Shown here: positions 48,948 through 58,346 of the stretch, piece after piece
Numbering within the stretch: the first letter of the stretch is position 1
Layout: every line of letters starts with the position of its first letter
Assembly: GCA_963713015.1 (NCBI GenBank)
Contig: CAVQKC010000008.1
Location: 819,666-883,665 of the forward strand
DNA length: 64,000 nt
From: an uncultured Solirubrobacterales bacterium
Lineage (GTDB): Bacteria; Actinomycetota; Thermoleophilia; Solirubrobacterales; Solirubrobacteraceae
Direction: 5' to 3'
Program-made: the position numbers and the translations under genes
Notes under the pieces: model-generated
Databases searched by the model: none
The model's input: only the letters and a program-made list of their open reading frames with translations
What the model was told of the DNA's origin: nothing

Positions 48948-51574
48948 CTAGTGTGAGTCGCCCAGCGCGGCCCGCAACACCTCAAGCGCGCCATCGATTG
49001 CGCCGACGTCGCGCCCGCCGCCGACAGCGAGGCGGCGGTCCTTGCCCCCACCACCGCCGCCAACGAGCTTTGCGACGGTGCGTACGACGGTGGGGGCGTC
49101 CCCGAATCGCCGTCGAGGGCCACGGCGATCGCCACCGCGTCGCCGTCGGGCGAGCCGATCAACCCCGCTGAGTCGATGCCCGCGCGCCCTACGAGCTCTG
49201 CCGCGATCGTACGCAACGCCTGCTGGTCGCGGCCGTCCAGGCGCGCCACCACACTCCCATCGACGGCCTTCTGCGCGAGTGTCAAGGCCAGCTCGCGATC
49301 GACGTCGGCCGCCAGTGACTTACGCTGGCGTTCCTCCTGGTTGAGCGAGCTCTGCAGGCGGGAGATTGCATCGGGCACAGACTCGATCGCCACATGCAAC
49401 GACTCCGCTGCCGTGTGCAACAGTGCGCGCGCCCGGCGATGGTCCTCGTGTGCCGCCTTGCCCGTGTAGGCCTCGATGCGCCTGAGGTTGGCTCCCACCG
49501 AGGACTCCCCCCGCACAACGAATGCTCCGATTCGTCCAAGCGCCGACACATGGGTGCCTCCGCATAGCTCGATCGAGTGCTCGCCCGCATGCACCACCCG
49601 CACGATCTCCCCGTACTTGTCGCCGAAGAACGACATCGCCCCCTCCGCTCGGGCACTCTCGAGTGTGCTCTCGCTTGTCACCACACCCTCATCGCTGAGG
49701 ATGTCGCCGATCACGAGCTCTTCGAGCTTCGCAACCTCCTCATCGCTGAGCGAGGAGTGATGGTTGAAGTCAAAGCGCAAGTAGTCGGGCTCCACGAGCG
49801 AGCCCTGCTGTTGCAGCTGTGAGCCGAACGTGGTTCGAAGCGCCCAATGCAGCAGGTGGGTGGCCGTGTGGCTGCGTTTGATGGCCTCGCGACGCCCCTC
49901 ATCGACGCGCAGCGTCGCCTCTTGGCCCTCCACGAGCGTGCCGCTCTCGAGCCTCGCGCGGTGGCGGATGATTCCCTCGAGCGGCCGGTCGGTGTCGATC
50001 ACGCGGGCCCTGCCCGTCTCGCTCTCGATCGTCCCCGTGTCTCCTACTTGGCCTCCGCTTTCCGCGTAGAAAGGCGTTCGCTCGACGAACACTTCAAGCG
50101 TCGGGTGGGCGGGATCGTCGGTCTCGCCCTTCAGCACCCGCAGCAGCCGGCTGTTCGCCTCGAGTTGCTCGTAGCCGAGGAACTCGGTCGGCGCGAGCCC
50201 CTCGAGCTCGACCACGAGACGGCCCGCCGCCTGGCTCTGGAGCTCATCGCCACTGCCGCCCGCGGCGGCACTGCGCGCGAGCTCGCGCTGGTGGGTCATC
50301 GCCCGCTCGAAGCCCTCCATGTCCAACCCCACTTTTCGCTCCGCCGCTATTTCCGCCGTCAGCTCCACCGGGAACCCGTAGGTGTCGTGCAACATAAAGG
50401 CATCGCTCCCTGGAATCACGGGAACGCCATCGGAAATCAAATCCTCCAACATGCCCAGCCCCAAACTGAGCGTCTCCACGAAACGATGCTCCTCGCGCTC
50501 CAATATGTCGCTCACCATGTCCAGCGAACGCACGAGCTCTGGGTAAGCACCTCCCATCACCTCCGACACGGCTCTCGCCATCGCCGTCATCATCCCCTCG
50601 TGTGCCCCCACCCGCTGGCCGTGGCGGATCGCACGGCGGATGATGCGGCGCAACACATACCCACGCTCCAGGTTTGAGGGAACCACCCCGTCGGCAAGCA
50701 TGAACGTCACCGCCCGCGCGTGGTCAGCCACGATGCGCAGGCTCACGTCGTCCTCCTCGTCGCGCCCGTACACGCTGCGGGTGAGCTCCTCGGCGCTACC
50801 AATCAAACGGCGCAACACATCGATCTCGAACACCGAGGACTTGCCCTGCACGATCGGCAGAATCCGCTCCAATCCGGCGCCAGTATCGATGTTGCGCTTG
50901 GGCAGCGGCGTGAGACTGCCGTCATCGAGGCGGTTCGATTCCATGAACACGAGGTTCCAAATCTCCACATAGCGTTCCTCGCCTCCCCGCGCCGGCCCCC
51001 CCTCGGCGCCATGCTCTGGCCCCTTGTCGTAGAAGATCTCCGAAGACGGCCCACACGGTCCGGTGGCTCCCATCTCCCAGAAGTTGTCCTCACCCATCCT
51101 CTGGATGCGCTCGCTGGGCAAGCCCACGAGCTCCTGCCAGATTCGCGCCGCCTCATCGTCGCTCGTGTGCACCGTGGCCCACAGGCGCTCGCCCTCGAGC
51201 CCGAGCGTCTCGGTGAGAAACTCCCACGCGTATTGGATCGCCTCCACCTTGAAGTAGTCGCCGAAGCTGAAGTTCCCGAGCATCTCGAAGAACGTGAGGT
51301 GGCGTGTGCTGCGCCCCACGAGCTCGATGTCGTCGTGCTTGCCCCGCACTCGCAAGCACTTCTGAGCAGAGGTGGCTCGCGGCGAAAGCGGTTGCTCTTC
51401 GCCGAAGAACACCGGTAGGAACTGCACCATGCCCGCGTTCGTGAACAGCGGCGCCGCCGGGTGCTCGGGCACGAGGCTCGATGAGCTCACCAGCCTGTGA
51501 TCGTGTGCGAGGAAGAAGTCGAGGAAGCTCGACCGCAGCTCGTCCGCGTTGAAGGGTTGGCTCGTGCTGCTCAT
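48948..51574 (-). CDS. alaS: Alanine-tRNA ligase (1-nt indel near 49100; corrected stop at 48948)
   Basis: FTNAGM, HLTFFEMLGNFSFGDYFK, DTGAGLER, HTATH, ELCGGTH, GGGG C-Ala. Confidence 0.96.
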
Positions 51575-51645
51575 CGGCGAGCTAAGCCTAACTTGCGCTG
51601 CCCCAAGCACGCGTGTGGAGCTCCCTCAATCGCGTCTAGAACGAT

Positions 51646-51660
51646 TGTCCAATATGGACA
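51646..51660. promoter_or_regulatory. Palindrome TGTCCA-ATA-TGGACA upstream of alaS
   Basis: Perfect 6-bp inverted repeat in a divergent intergenic region. Confidence 0.35.
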
Positions 51661-51753
51661 TGTGGATGCATCCTCCGAATGCCCGCTGCCGTAGACCTAC
51701 GTATAAACCTCGTAGGAACTAATGGACGACAGCCTTGTAGTCCGCGAAGCACG

Positions 51754-52170
51754 ATGAAGCCAGAGCTACACCACAGCGAGCCACACCGCCCGCAGCCACG
51801 CCGCCTCGTCGAGGTCGGCTCCACCGGCGAGCCGCAAGGACTCGCTGCCCCCGAGACGGCGGCGGAGCCGCTGAAGTGTGTATGGAGCGGATACCCACAC
51901 TACGATCGCGACTGCCGCTCGCGTATCCCCGCGAGCGTTGTCGTCAAGGCATGGCAGCGCGAGATGCAGCTCAAAGGAACGCTCGAGGGCTTTTTCAACT
52001 TCACCTGGCGTCACGGCGTGTGGCTCGCATTCGGCCTGCGTGACGGAGGCGTACGCGGCATCTACTGTCCCACCCACTGCTCCGAGCGCGACTCCCGCGA
52101 TGCGCGCGTCGACGATGTGCTGGTGCAGGACCGGAGGATCGACCAGCCGGCCGCGGTAGCGCTGCGCTAG
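51754..52170 (+). CDS. Hypothetical protein with Cys/His cluster
   Basis: Protein-like composition; CVW..H..C..YCPTHC. Confidence 0.55.
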   Translation: MKPELHHSEPHRPQPRRLVEVGSTGEPQGLAAPETAAEPLKCVWSGYPHYDRDCRSRIPASVVVKAWQREMQLKGTLEGFFNFTWRHGVWLAFGLRDGGVRGIYCPTHCSERDSRDARVDDVLVQDRRIDQPAAVALR

Positions 52171-52218
52171 GCGCCAACCAGCGGGCAAGGGCAGCGCTGC
52201 AATAGCATTGCCCGTCCC

Positions 52219-53526
52219 GTGGCGCGCACCTCAATAGCCGATCTCAAGTCCCACCTCACTCAAACGGTCGAGCTGCGTGGGTGGGTGCACGCCATACGCG
52301 ACCAAAAGCGCATGCAGTTCTTGGTGCTACGCGACGAAACCGGCCTTGCGCAACTGATTCTCGACAAGCAAGACCCCCCTAGTGAGCTCAACGAGGCGAT
52401 CTCCGCGCTCACGCCAGAGTCGGCGGTCACGGTTACAGGCCTCGTTGTCGCCGATGAGCGCGTGAAGCTCGGCGGCCTCGAGATCCAACTCGCGTCCCTC
52501 ACCGTCGACTCCCCCGCCGAGCCCGAACTGCCGGTGACCCCCGAGTCCGCGCTCGACAAGCGCATCGACTGGCGCTACCTCGACCTGCGCCGCCCCGACC
52601 GTCGCTTGATTTTCGAAGTCCAATCAACCGTTGAGCACGCCATGCGCGAGCACTGGCGCGAGCAGGGGTTCATCGAGATCCACACGCCCAAGCTGATGGG
52701 CTCCGCCTCGGAGTCCGGCGCCGAGCTATTCAAGGTCGACTACTTCGAACGTACCGCCTACTTGGCCCAGTCGCCCCAGTTCTACAAGCAAATGGCGATG
52801 GCTGGCGGTTTCGGCAAGGTGTTCGAGATCGGTCCCGTGTTCCGCGCCAACCCTTCGTTTACCTCACGCCACGACACCGAGTTCACGAGCGTCGATGTCG
52901 AGATTGCCTGGATCGACTCCCATGAGGATGTCATGGCGTTCGAGGAGCGCTGGCTAGGACACGTGCTGAGCGTGGTCGCGAACACGTACGGCGAGCAGAT
53001 CTCCAGCACCTTTGGCGTGGAGGTGGGTGGGCCCACCATCCCCTTCCCACGCATTACCCTCGCCGACGCCAAGGCTCTGTTGAAGGACCACGGCCACGAC
53101 GTGCCCGGCCCCGACCACGACCTCGACCCACCCAGCGAGCGGGCCCTCTCGGCGATCGTCGCCGAGCAGTTCGGCAGCGAGTTCGTGTTCGTCTGCGACT
53201 ACCCCACTTCGGTGCGGCCCTTCTACCACATGCGCCACGAACACCAGCCCACGCTCACCAAGAGCTTCGACCTGCTCTGGCGTGGCATCGAGCTCACCAC
53301 CGGCGCTCAACGCGAGCACCGCTACGAGCAGCTACTCGTCCAGGCCCGCGAGAAGCAGGTGGAAGTGGAGCCGATCCAGTATTACCTCGACTTCTTCCGC
53401 TACGGCGCCCCCCCGCACGGGGGTTTCGGTTTCGGTTTGACACGCCTATTGATGCAGATGCTTGGCCAAGAGAACGTACGCGAGGTCACGTTCCTATATC
53501 GAGGACCCAACCGGCTGGAGCCCTAA
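52219..53526 (+). CDS. aspS: Short (archaeal-type) aspartyl-tRNA synthetase
   Basis: OB fold, YLDLR, SPQFYKQ, FRA..RH, PPHGG.G.G..R; no GAD insert. Confidence 0.92.
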   Translation: MARTSIADLKSHLTQTVELRGWVHAIRDQKRMQFLVLRDETGLAQLILDKQDPPSELNEAISALTPESAVTVTGLVVADERVKLGGLEIQLASLTVDSPAEPELPVTPESALDKRIDWRYLDLRRPDRRLIFEVQSTVEHAMREHWREQGFIEIHTPKLMGSASESGAELFKVDYFERTAYLAQSPQFYKQMAMAGGFGKVFEIGPVFRANPSFTSRHDTEFTSVDVEIAWIDSHEDVMAFEERWLGHVLSVVANTYGEQISSTFGVEVGGPTIPFPRITLADAKALLKDHGHDVPGPDHDLDPPSERALSAIVAEQFGSEFVFVCDYPTSVRPFYHMRHEHQPTLTKSFDLLWRGIELTTGAQREHRYEQLLVQAREKQVEVEPIQYYLDFFRYGAPPHGGFGFGLTRLLMQMLGQENVREVTFLYRGPNRLEP

Positions 53527-53593
53527 CAACCCGCCTGGTATCGCTCCCTTTCGCAGGGACCCAGCCGGGGTGTCACCGCCCTGCTGCCTTCTA

Positions 53594-53650
53594 TAGGTAC
53601 GCGCTCTAGGTACGCGCTCTAGGGTACGCTCTGGGAGGTACGCCCCCTGG
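53594..53650. repeat. Degenerate about 13-bp tandem repeat (aggtacgcgctct) x4
   Basis: Read directly. Confidence 0.7.
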
Positions 53651-53676
53651 CGAATTAGGTATATGCCCCTTGGGGA

Positions 53677-53713
53677 ACTCCCACCGTCCCCGAGGGGCGA
53701 GGACGGTGGGAGT
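53677..53713. terminator. 13-bp hairpin between convergent aspS and xth
   Basis: actcccaccgtcc-N11-ggacggtgggagt. Confidence 0.55.
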
Positions 53714-53877
53714 GGGGGAAGACAAGCGTCGCGTCGTCGCCTCCGTGCGATCTCCGTTTTTGTCGGTCACGCAGCTTGCGTGACGCGTCGAGCGCCCTTT
53801 CGCGGGCGCCTACCAGTCGAGCGCTCGCGAGGTGGTTGTTTGCATGACCGACATCCGTGCTCGACGAGGTCATGACA

Positions 53878-54717
53878 TCAGGCAGCAATTGCGCTCTCCA
53901 TGCAGTCCTCGCACTCGTCGAGCCCCGCCAGTTCTATTTCGAGCGGCGCGTGATTGGAAGGTCGGCGTCCTTGCCGATAGGCGTGCTTTACCTCGCAGCG
54001 TGTGATGTGTTCGGCAAGGCGGCTGCTCGCCAAAGCGAGGTCGATGCGCAAGCCGTAGTCACGTGCATAATGGCCCTCACGCTGGTCCCAACAGGTGTAA
54101 CCGTGCTCGTCGGGGTGTAGGTGGCGGTACACGTCCACCAGCTCGCCCTCGTGCAGGATATGGCGCAGATCCTCGCGCTCGGCGGCGGCGGTGTGATAGG
54201 AGCCCTCTAGCCATGTGGGCTCGTACACGTCACGGTCTGAGGGCGCCACATTGAAGTCGCCCACGATCAGCAGTGGGTGGTAGTGATCGTGGCAGGCCTG
54301 GTTTGCCACCGCCTCGAGGAAGGCCAGCTTGCCCGAGTCGTCTAGTTCCTGGCGGGTGGGTCCCGCCGGCACGTACACCGAGCCGAGTGTCAGGCCCGCG
54401 CAGGTGGTCTCGAGCCAACGCCCTTGTGCCAGATCGTGTTGGCCCGCGAGCGACAGGCAACGGTGGGTGACGCGGTGGTCGGAGCGCACCAGGATCGCCA
54501 CACCGCCATTACGCCGTCCCGGGCTGTGCTGGGCGCGATAGCCGAGCTGCTCCAAGCGCTGGTGTGGGAAGTGGCGGAACGGGCAGCGTGTCTCTTGCAA
54601 GCACACCATGTCGGGACGCTCCCTACGCAGCATCTCCGCGATGCGTGGCATCCGCGCCCGAATCCCGTTTACGTTCCAGCTGATCACCCTGAGTCTTCTC
54701 TGGTCGTTGCTCGTCAT
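53878..54717 (-). CDS. xth: Exodeoxyribonuclease III / AP endonuclease
   Basis: SWNVNGIRAR, CLQET, SVYVP, GDFN, GLRID, SNHAP (Asn in place of the usual SDH Asp). Confidence 0.9.
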   Translation of the reverse strand: MTSNDQRRLRVISWNVNGIRARMPRIAEMLRRERPDMVCLQETRCPFRHFPHQRLEQLGYRAQHSPGRRNGGVAILVRSDHRVTHRCLSLAGQHDLAQGRWLETTCAGLTLGSVYVPAGPTRQELDDSGKLAFLEAVANQACHDHYHPLLIVGDFNVAPSDRDVYEPTWLEGSYHTAAAEREDLRHILHEGELVDVYRHLHPDEHGYTCWDQREGHYARDYGLRIDLALASSRLAEHITRCEVKHAYRQGRRPSNHAPLEIELAGLDECEDCMESAIAA

Positions 54718-55003
54718 CGTCCCGATCCCCTCGTTGTGGTCTTGTGCCGAGGCGGTTCTGCTCTGCGCCCGGCGCTTCGATCCTTGTGTCGCGGTGTTTG
54801 TGTCCCTATCCCCATGTCCCCGATCCTTGTGTTGCGGATCCAATCTCTGTGTAAACCGGTCTCTACACAAGAGCTGAAACTAAGTCCTACACAACTGGAC
54901 ACGATAGGTGGGACAGAGAGAAACGTCTATAGGTTGAATGGCCAAACTGGTTGCCCACCATTGGACAATTAGGTGCACGTTTGTCTGGTCGCTTGCTGGA
55001 TAC

Positions 55004-55025
55004 CGTCCGCACTCCGCTCTACCTT
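55004..55025 (+). promoter_or_regulatory. PafBC-type promoter motif CGTCCG-N10-TACCTT
   Basis: Geometry matches TGTCGG-N10-TA-N3-T; 7 nt before ATG, suggesting a leaderless transcript. Confidence 0.5.
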
Positions 55026-55032
55026 CCAAACC

Positions 55033-56022
55033 ATGCTCGTCAACGAGCTCACAGATGGCATGGAGATCGACCAGGTCCTGCTGGTGCGCGCGATCGAGCG
55101 CCGCTCGCGTCGCGATGGCGGCGAGTATCTGCGTTTGCAGCTCGGCGACCGTACCGGCGCGGTGGTGTCGATGGTGTGGGAGGAGCTCGTCGAGATGGAG
55201 CACCTCGCTACGCCGGGCGCCACTGTGCACGTGAGGGGTCGCTACACGGTGCATCCGCGCTTTGGACCACAGATAAACCTTCGCTCGCTCGCTCCCGCTG
55301 AGCCGGGGAGCTTCAAGCTCGACGACCTGCTCGATGGCCCACCACGCTCCCCCAAGCAGATGGAGGACGACCTACGCGAGTTGCTCACGACCGTGCGCAA
55401 CCCCCACCTCAGCACCTTGCTAGAGCACGTCTTCGGCGAGGACTCCCCACTGTGGGCACGCTATGAAGTGGCGCCCGCCGCCAAGTACTACCACCAGGCC
55501 TACCGTCACGGACTGCTCGAGCACTGCCTAGGAGTCGCCCAAGCGGTCAGCGCGATCTCGGCCACCTTCCCAGGCATCGACCGCGACGTCGCGGTAACTG
55601 GCGCTCTGCTGCACGACATCGGCAAGCTCGATGCCTACACAGAGGACCCTCAGAGCATCGACCTGACCGACCTTGGCCGATTGCATGGGGAGATCCCGCT
55701 CGGCTACTACCGTATCCGCCGTACCATCGAGGACATCGATGGCTTCCCCGAGGAGCTGGCGTGGGCCGTGCTGCACATCATTCTCGCCCACCACGGTTCG
55801 CTCGAGCACGGCAGCCCCGTGATTCCTTGTACGCGAGAGGCCACACTCGTGCACATGATCGACAACCTCGGTGGGCGCTTGGGCAGCTTCGATCGGATCG
55901 AGAAGGAGCTCTCGCCGGGGGCACGCTGGTCGAGCTTCGACCGCGCGATTGGATCGGGCGCTTGGTTTGGCGCGCGCGAGTCAGTTGGGCCCTCCGAAGA
56001 GCCCGCACGCGAAGCCGCCTGA
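55033..56022 (+). CDS. YhaM/Cbf1-like OB-fold + HD 3'-5' exonuclease
   Basis: YLRLQLGDRTG, PAAKYYHQAY, GLLEH, LHDIGK, HHG. Confidence 0.9.
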   Translation: MLVNELTDGMEIDQVLLVRAIERRSRRDGGEYLRLQLGDRTGAVVSMVWEELVEMEHLATPGATVHVRGRYTVHPRFGPQINLRSLAPAEPGSFKLDDLLDGPPRSPKQMEDDLRELLTTVRNPHLSTLLEHVFGEDSPLWARYEVAPAAKYYHQAYRHGLLEHCLGVAQAVSAISATFPGIDRDVAVTGALLHDIGKLDAYTEDPQSIDLTDLGRLHGEIPLGYYRIRRTIEDIDGFPEELAWAVLHIILAHHGSLEHGSPVIPCTREATLVHMIDNLGGRLGSFDRIEKELSPGARWSSFDRAIGSGAWFGARESVGPSEEPAREAA

Positions 56023-56170
56023 AGAGGCTCTCCGGCGATGTCGCCTGAGGCTGGCGCGCGAGCGGCGACCACGGGCCGGCTCTGGGCAGGCGTCAAAAGT
56101 CCGCAAATAGCGAGCGAGTAGGCCACCGGGGGGAATACGTCTCGCCACCGGGTTCTATCTTTGGTGTTGG

Positions 56171-58294
56171 ATGGCCAAGGACACCGAGAAGCTGATCCGC
56201 CAGCTGTCGCTGATTTCATACCTGATGGCCGAGCGCAGGCCGGTCACGGCGCTTGAGATTCGGCGCGACGTGGAGGGCTACAGCGGTATGAACGAGGACG
56301 CTTTCGCGCGCCGCTTCTACGCCGACCGCTCGGAGCTCGAGTCGTTGCGAATACAGCTCACCGTGGACCGACCCGCCGACGGGGCGGCCGAGCAGGAGAA
56401 CTATTCGTTGCGTCCGGAGAATTTCCACCTGCCCGCGATCGAGTTCTCAGACGAAGAGCTCGCGGCACTTCAGGCGGCGCTGCACCTGCTCGATGGCGAG
56501 TTCGCCTATGCGGAGCCGCTGCGCCTCGCTCTGCAACAGATCACCTGGGGGCGCCCAAGTCCACTGCGGGCACCTGAGCAGCGCTCGGCGGCGCTCGGCA
56601 TCACCGCCTCCGCGGGCGGCCACGAGCTCTCAGTTCGCCTTGCCAAGATCGAGACCGCGATCTTCCGTAACAAGACAATCACTTTCGATTACTACACGAT
56701 GGCACGCGATGAGATCGGCTCGCGCCGCGTCGACCCCTACCACCTGCTCTTTCAAGGCGGCGAGTTCTATCTGCTCGGCCATGCACACGAGCGCGAGCAG
56801 ATCCGCGTGTTCCGCCTTTCGCGCATCCGCGGCAAGGTCTCCTATGCCACCAAGGCAGAGCACGACTTCAGGCGCCCCGCCGACTTCGATCCGCGCGCCT
56901 ACGCCAACCGCTCGGAGTGGCAGCTCGGCGAGGAGCAGGGGATTGCCGAGGTGCTCCTCTCCGAGCGCATCGCATGGCAAATAGAACGCCACTTCGGTCG
57001 ATATGGAGAGATCTGCCCAGCCGAGGGCGATGGACACAGCCAGGGAGACCGACTGTTGCGTACGAGCTACTCCAGCTCGCGCATGATCGTTTCCTGGGTA
57101 CTCGGTCTAGGGGAGCACGCACGACTGCTCGGCCCTCCCGAGCTTGTGGAGGAACTCACACGTCGCCTGGCGCTGCTGGAGGAGCTCCACTCCGAGGCCT
57201 TGGAGCTGGCCGAGAGCGTGCCCGCCGTCGAAGAGCCGCCGGTAGCCGCAAGCGCCAGCGCCTCCGCGGCTCGCGCCGGTCGTAGGGCCGCTGCCGCCGA
57301 GCGCGATACCCAGGCCGATGCGGCGATCCGCCCCGAGCGCTTCGCGCGGCTCGTGACGCTCGCGAGCATCCTCATTCACGCGGGTAGGCGCGGCGAGCGG
57401 GTGAAGATCCTCGAGGTGTGCGAGAGCCTGCAGCTCAGCGAGGAGGAGTTGCGCGAGGACATCAACGTCTTGAACGTCGTCAACTTCGGTGGTGGCTCCT
57501 ACGTGCTCTACGCGGAAATCCTCGAGGAGGAGGGCGAGATCGACGTTGACCCCGAGCCCTACAGCGACAACTTCGATCGCCCCGCACGATTGCTCCCCGT
57601 CGAGGCCAAGGCCCTTGTCGCCGCGATCGACCTGGTGGGCGAGCACATCCCCGAGGGCTCGCTTGCATCCGCGCGCGAGAAGATCGTGGCGGCCCTTGGC
57701 GAGGATCCGATGGAGCAGGGACTGCAGGTCGCCCACGCCACCAGCGACGATTCCGAGGTGTCGCGCACCATTTCTCGCGCGATCGTCGGGCACCGGTTGG
57801 TGGAGCTCGACTATTACAAGGAAAACGAGGACGAGTTCTCGCTGCGGCGTGTAGAGCCCTATGCGCTCACCAACGGACGCGAGGGCTGGTACGTGGCCTC
57901 GTTCGATCCAGACAAGCAGGAGGTGCGCCACTTCCGTCTCGATCGCATCAGGCGCGCAGAGGTCTGTGAGGAGACCTTCGAGCCCCGCGCGGAGGTCGAT
58001 CCGGCAGCCGAAGTGGATGGATGGATGCGCACTGGCGAGGTACAGGCATCGCGTACCGCGCGTGTGTGGATATCGCCCGAGCGGGCCCGTTGGGCACGTG
58101 AGCAGCGGCGCGTCGTAGGCGAGCTACTCGACGGCTCGATCGTGGTTGAGCTGAGCTTTGCCGGCACCGATTGGCTCGTGCGTGAGGTGCTCAGGGAGGC
58201 CGGCGACGCGGTTGTGCTCGAGCCCGAAGACGCTCGCGAGGCTGTGCTCGCGGCGGTGCGCCGTCTGCGGGCGGTGCCAGCCGGCGTCTCATGA
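56171..58294 (+). CDS. pafBC: Fused PafB-PafC (2x HTH-WYL-WCX) transcriptional activator
   Basis: RRFYADRSELE HTH; RRVDPY/FYL/FRLSRI and RRVEPY/WYV/FRLDRI WYL modules. Confidence 0.88.
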   Translation: MAKDTEKLIRQLSLISYLMAERRPVTALEIRRDVEGYSGMNEDAFARRFYADRSELESLRIQLTVDRPADGAAEQENYSLRPENFHLPAIEFSDEELAALQAALHLLDGEFAYAEPLRLALQQITWGRPSPLRAPEQRSAALGITASAGGHELSVRLAKIETAIFRNKTITFDYYTMARDEIGSRRVDPYHLLFQGGEFYLLGHAHEREQIRVFRLSRIRGKVSYATKAEHDFRRPADFDPRAYANRSEWQLGEEQGIAEVLLSERIAWQIERHFGRYGEICPAEGDGHSQGDRLLRTSYSSSRMIVSWVLGLGEHARLLGPPELVEELTRRLALLEELHSEALELAESVPAVEEPPVAASASASAARAGRRAAAAERDTQADAAIRPERFARLVTLASILIHAGRRGERVKILEVCESLQLSEEELREDINVLNVVNFGGGSYVLYAEILEEEGEIDVDPEPYSDNFDRPARLLPVEAKALVAAIDLVGEHIPEGSLASAREKIVAALGEDPMEQGLQVAHATSDDSEVSRTISRAIVGHRLVELDYYKENEDEFSLRRVEPYALTNGREGWYVASFDPDKQEVRHFRLDRIRRAEVCEETFEPRAEVDPAAEVDGWMRTGEVQASRTARVWISPERARWAREQRRVVGELLDGSIVVELSFAGTDWLVREVLREAGDAVVLEPEDAREAVLAAVRRLRAVPAGVS

Positions 58295-58346
58295 GCGCCC
58301 TCGAGCGTGCCACTCTGCTTCGCGTCGCTCCCCTCAGGTCGAGAGG

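Noticed and set aside
7820-49110. Programmed frameshifting or mass pseudogenisation (indels near 7835, 19930, 23090, 42179, 48077, 49100)
   Set aside because: They appear to be single-base indels, several in homopolymers, with intact flanking motifs, and one is in alaS whose duplicate shows the correct base count. Sequencing error is more likely; reads are needed to confirm.
51575-52218. T-box leaders for alaS or aspS
   Set aside because: No recognisable T-box consensus, and the aspS leader is only about 50 bp.
55033-58294. WYL + HD pair as a CRISPR-associated or anti-phage module
   Set aside because: Architecture fits PafBC and YhaM; no helicase, cas genes or defence-island context.
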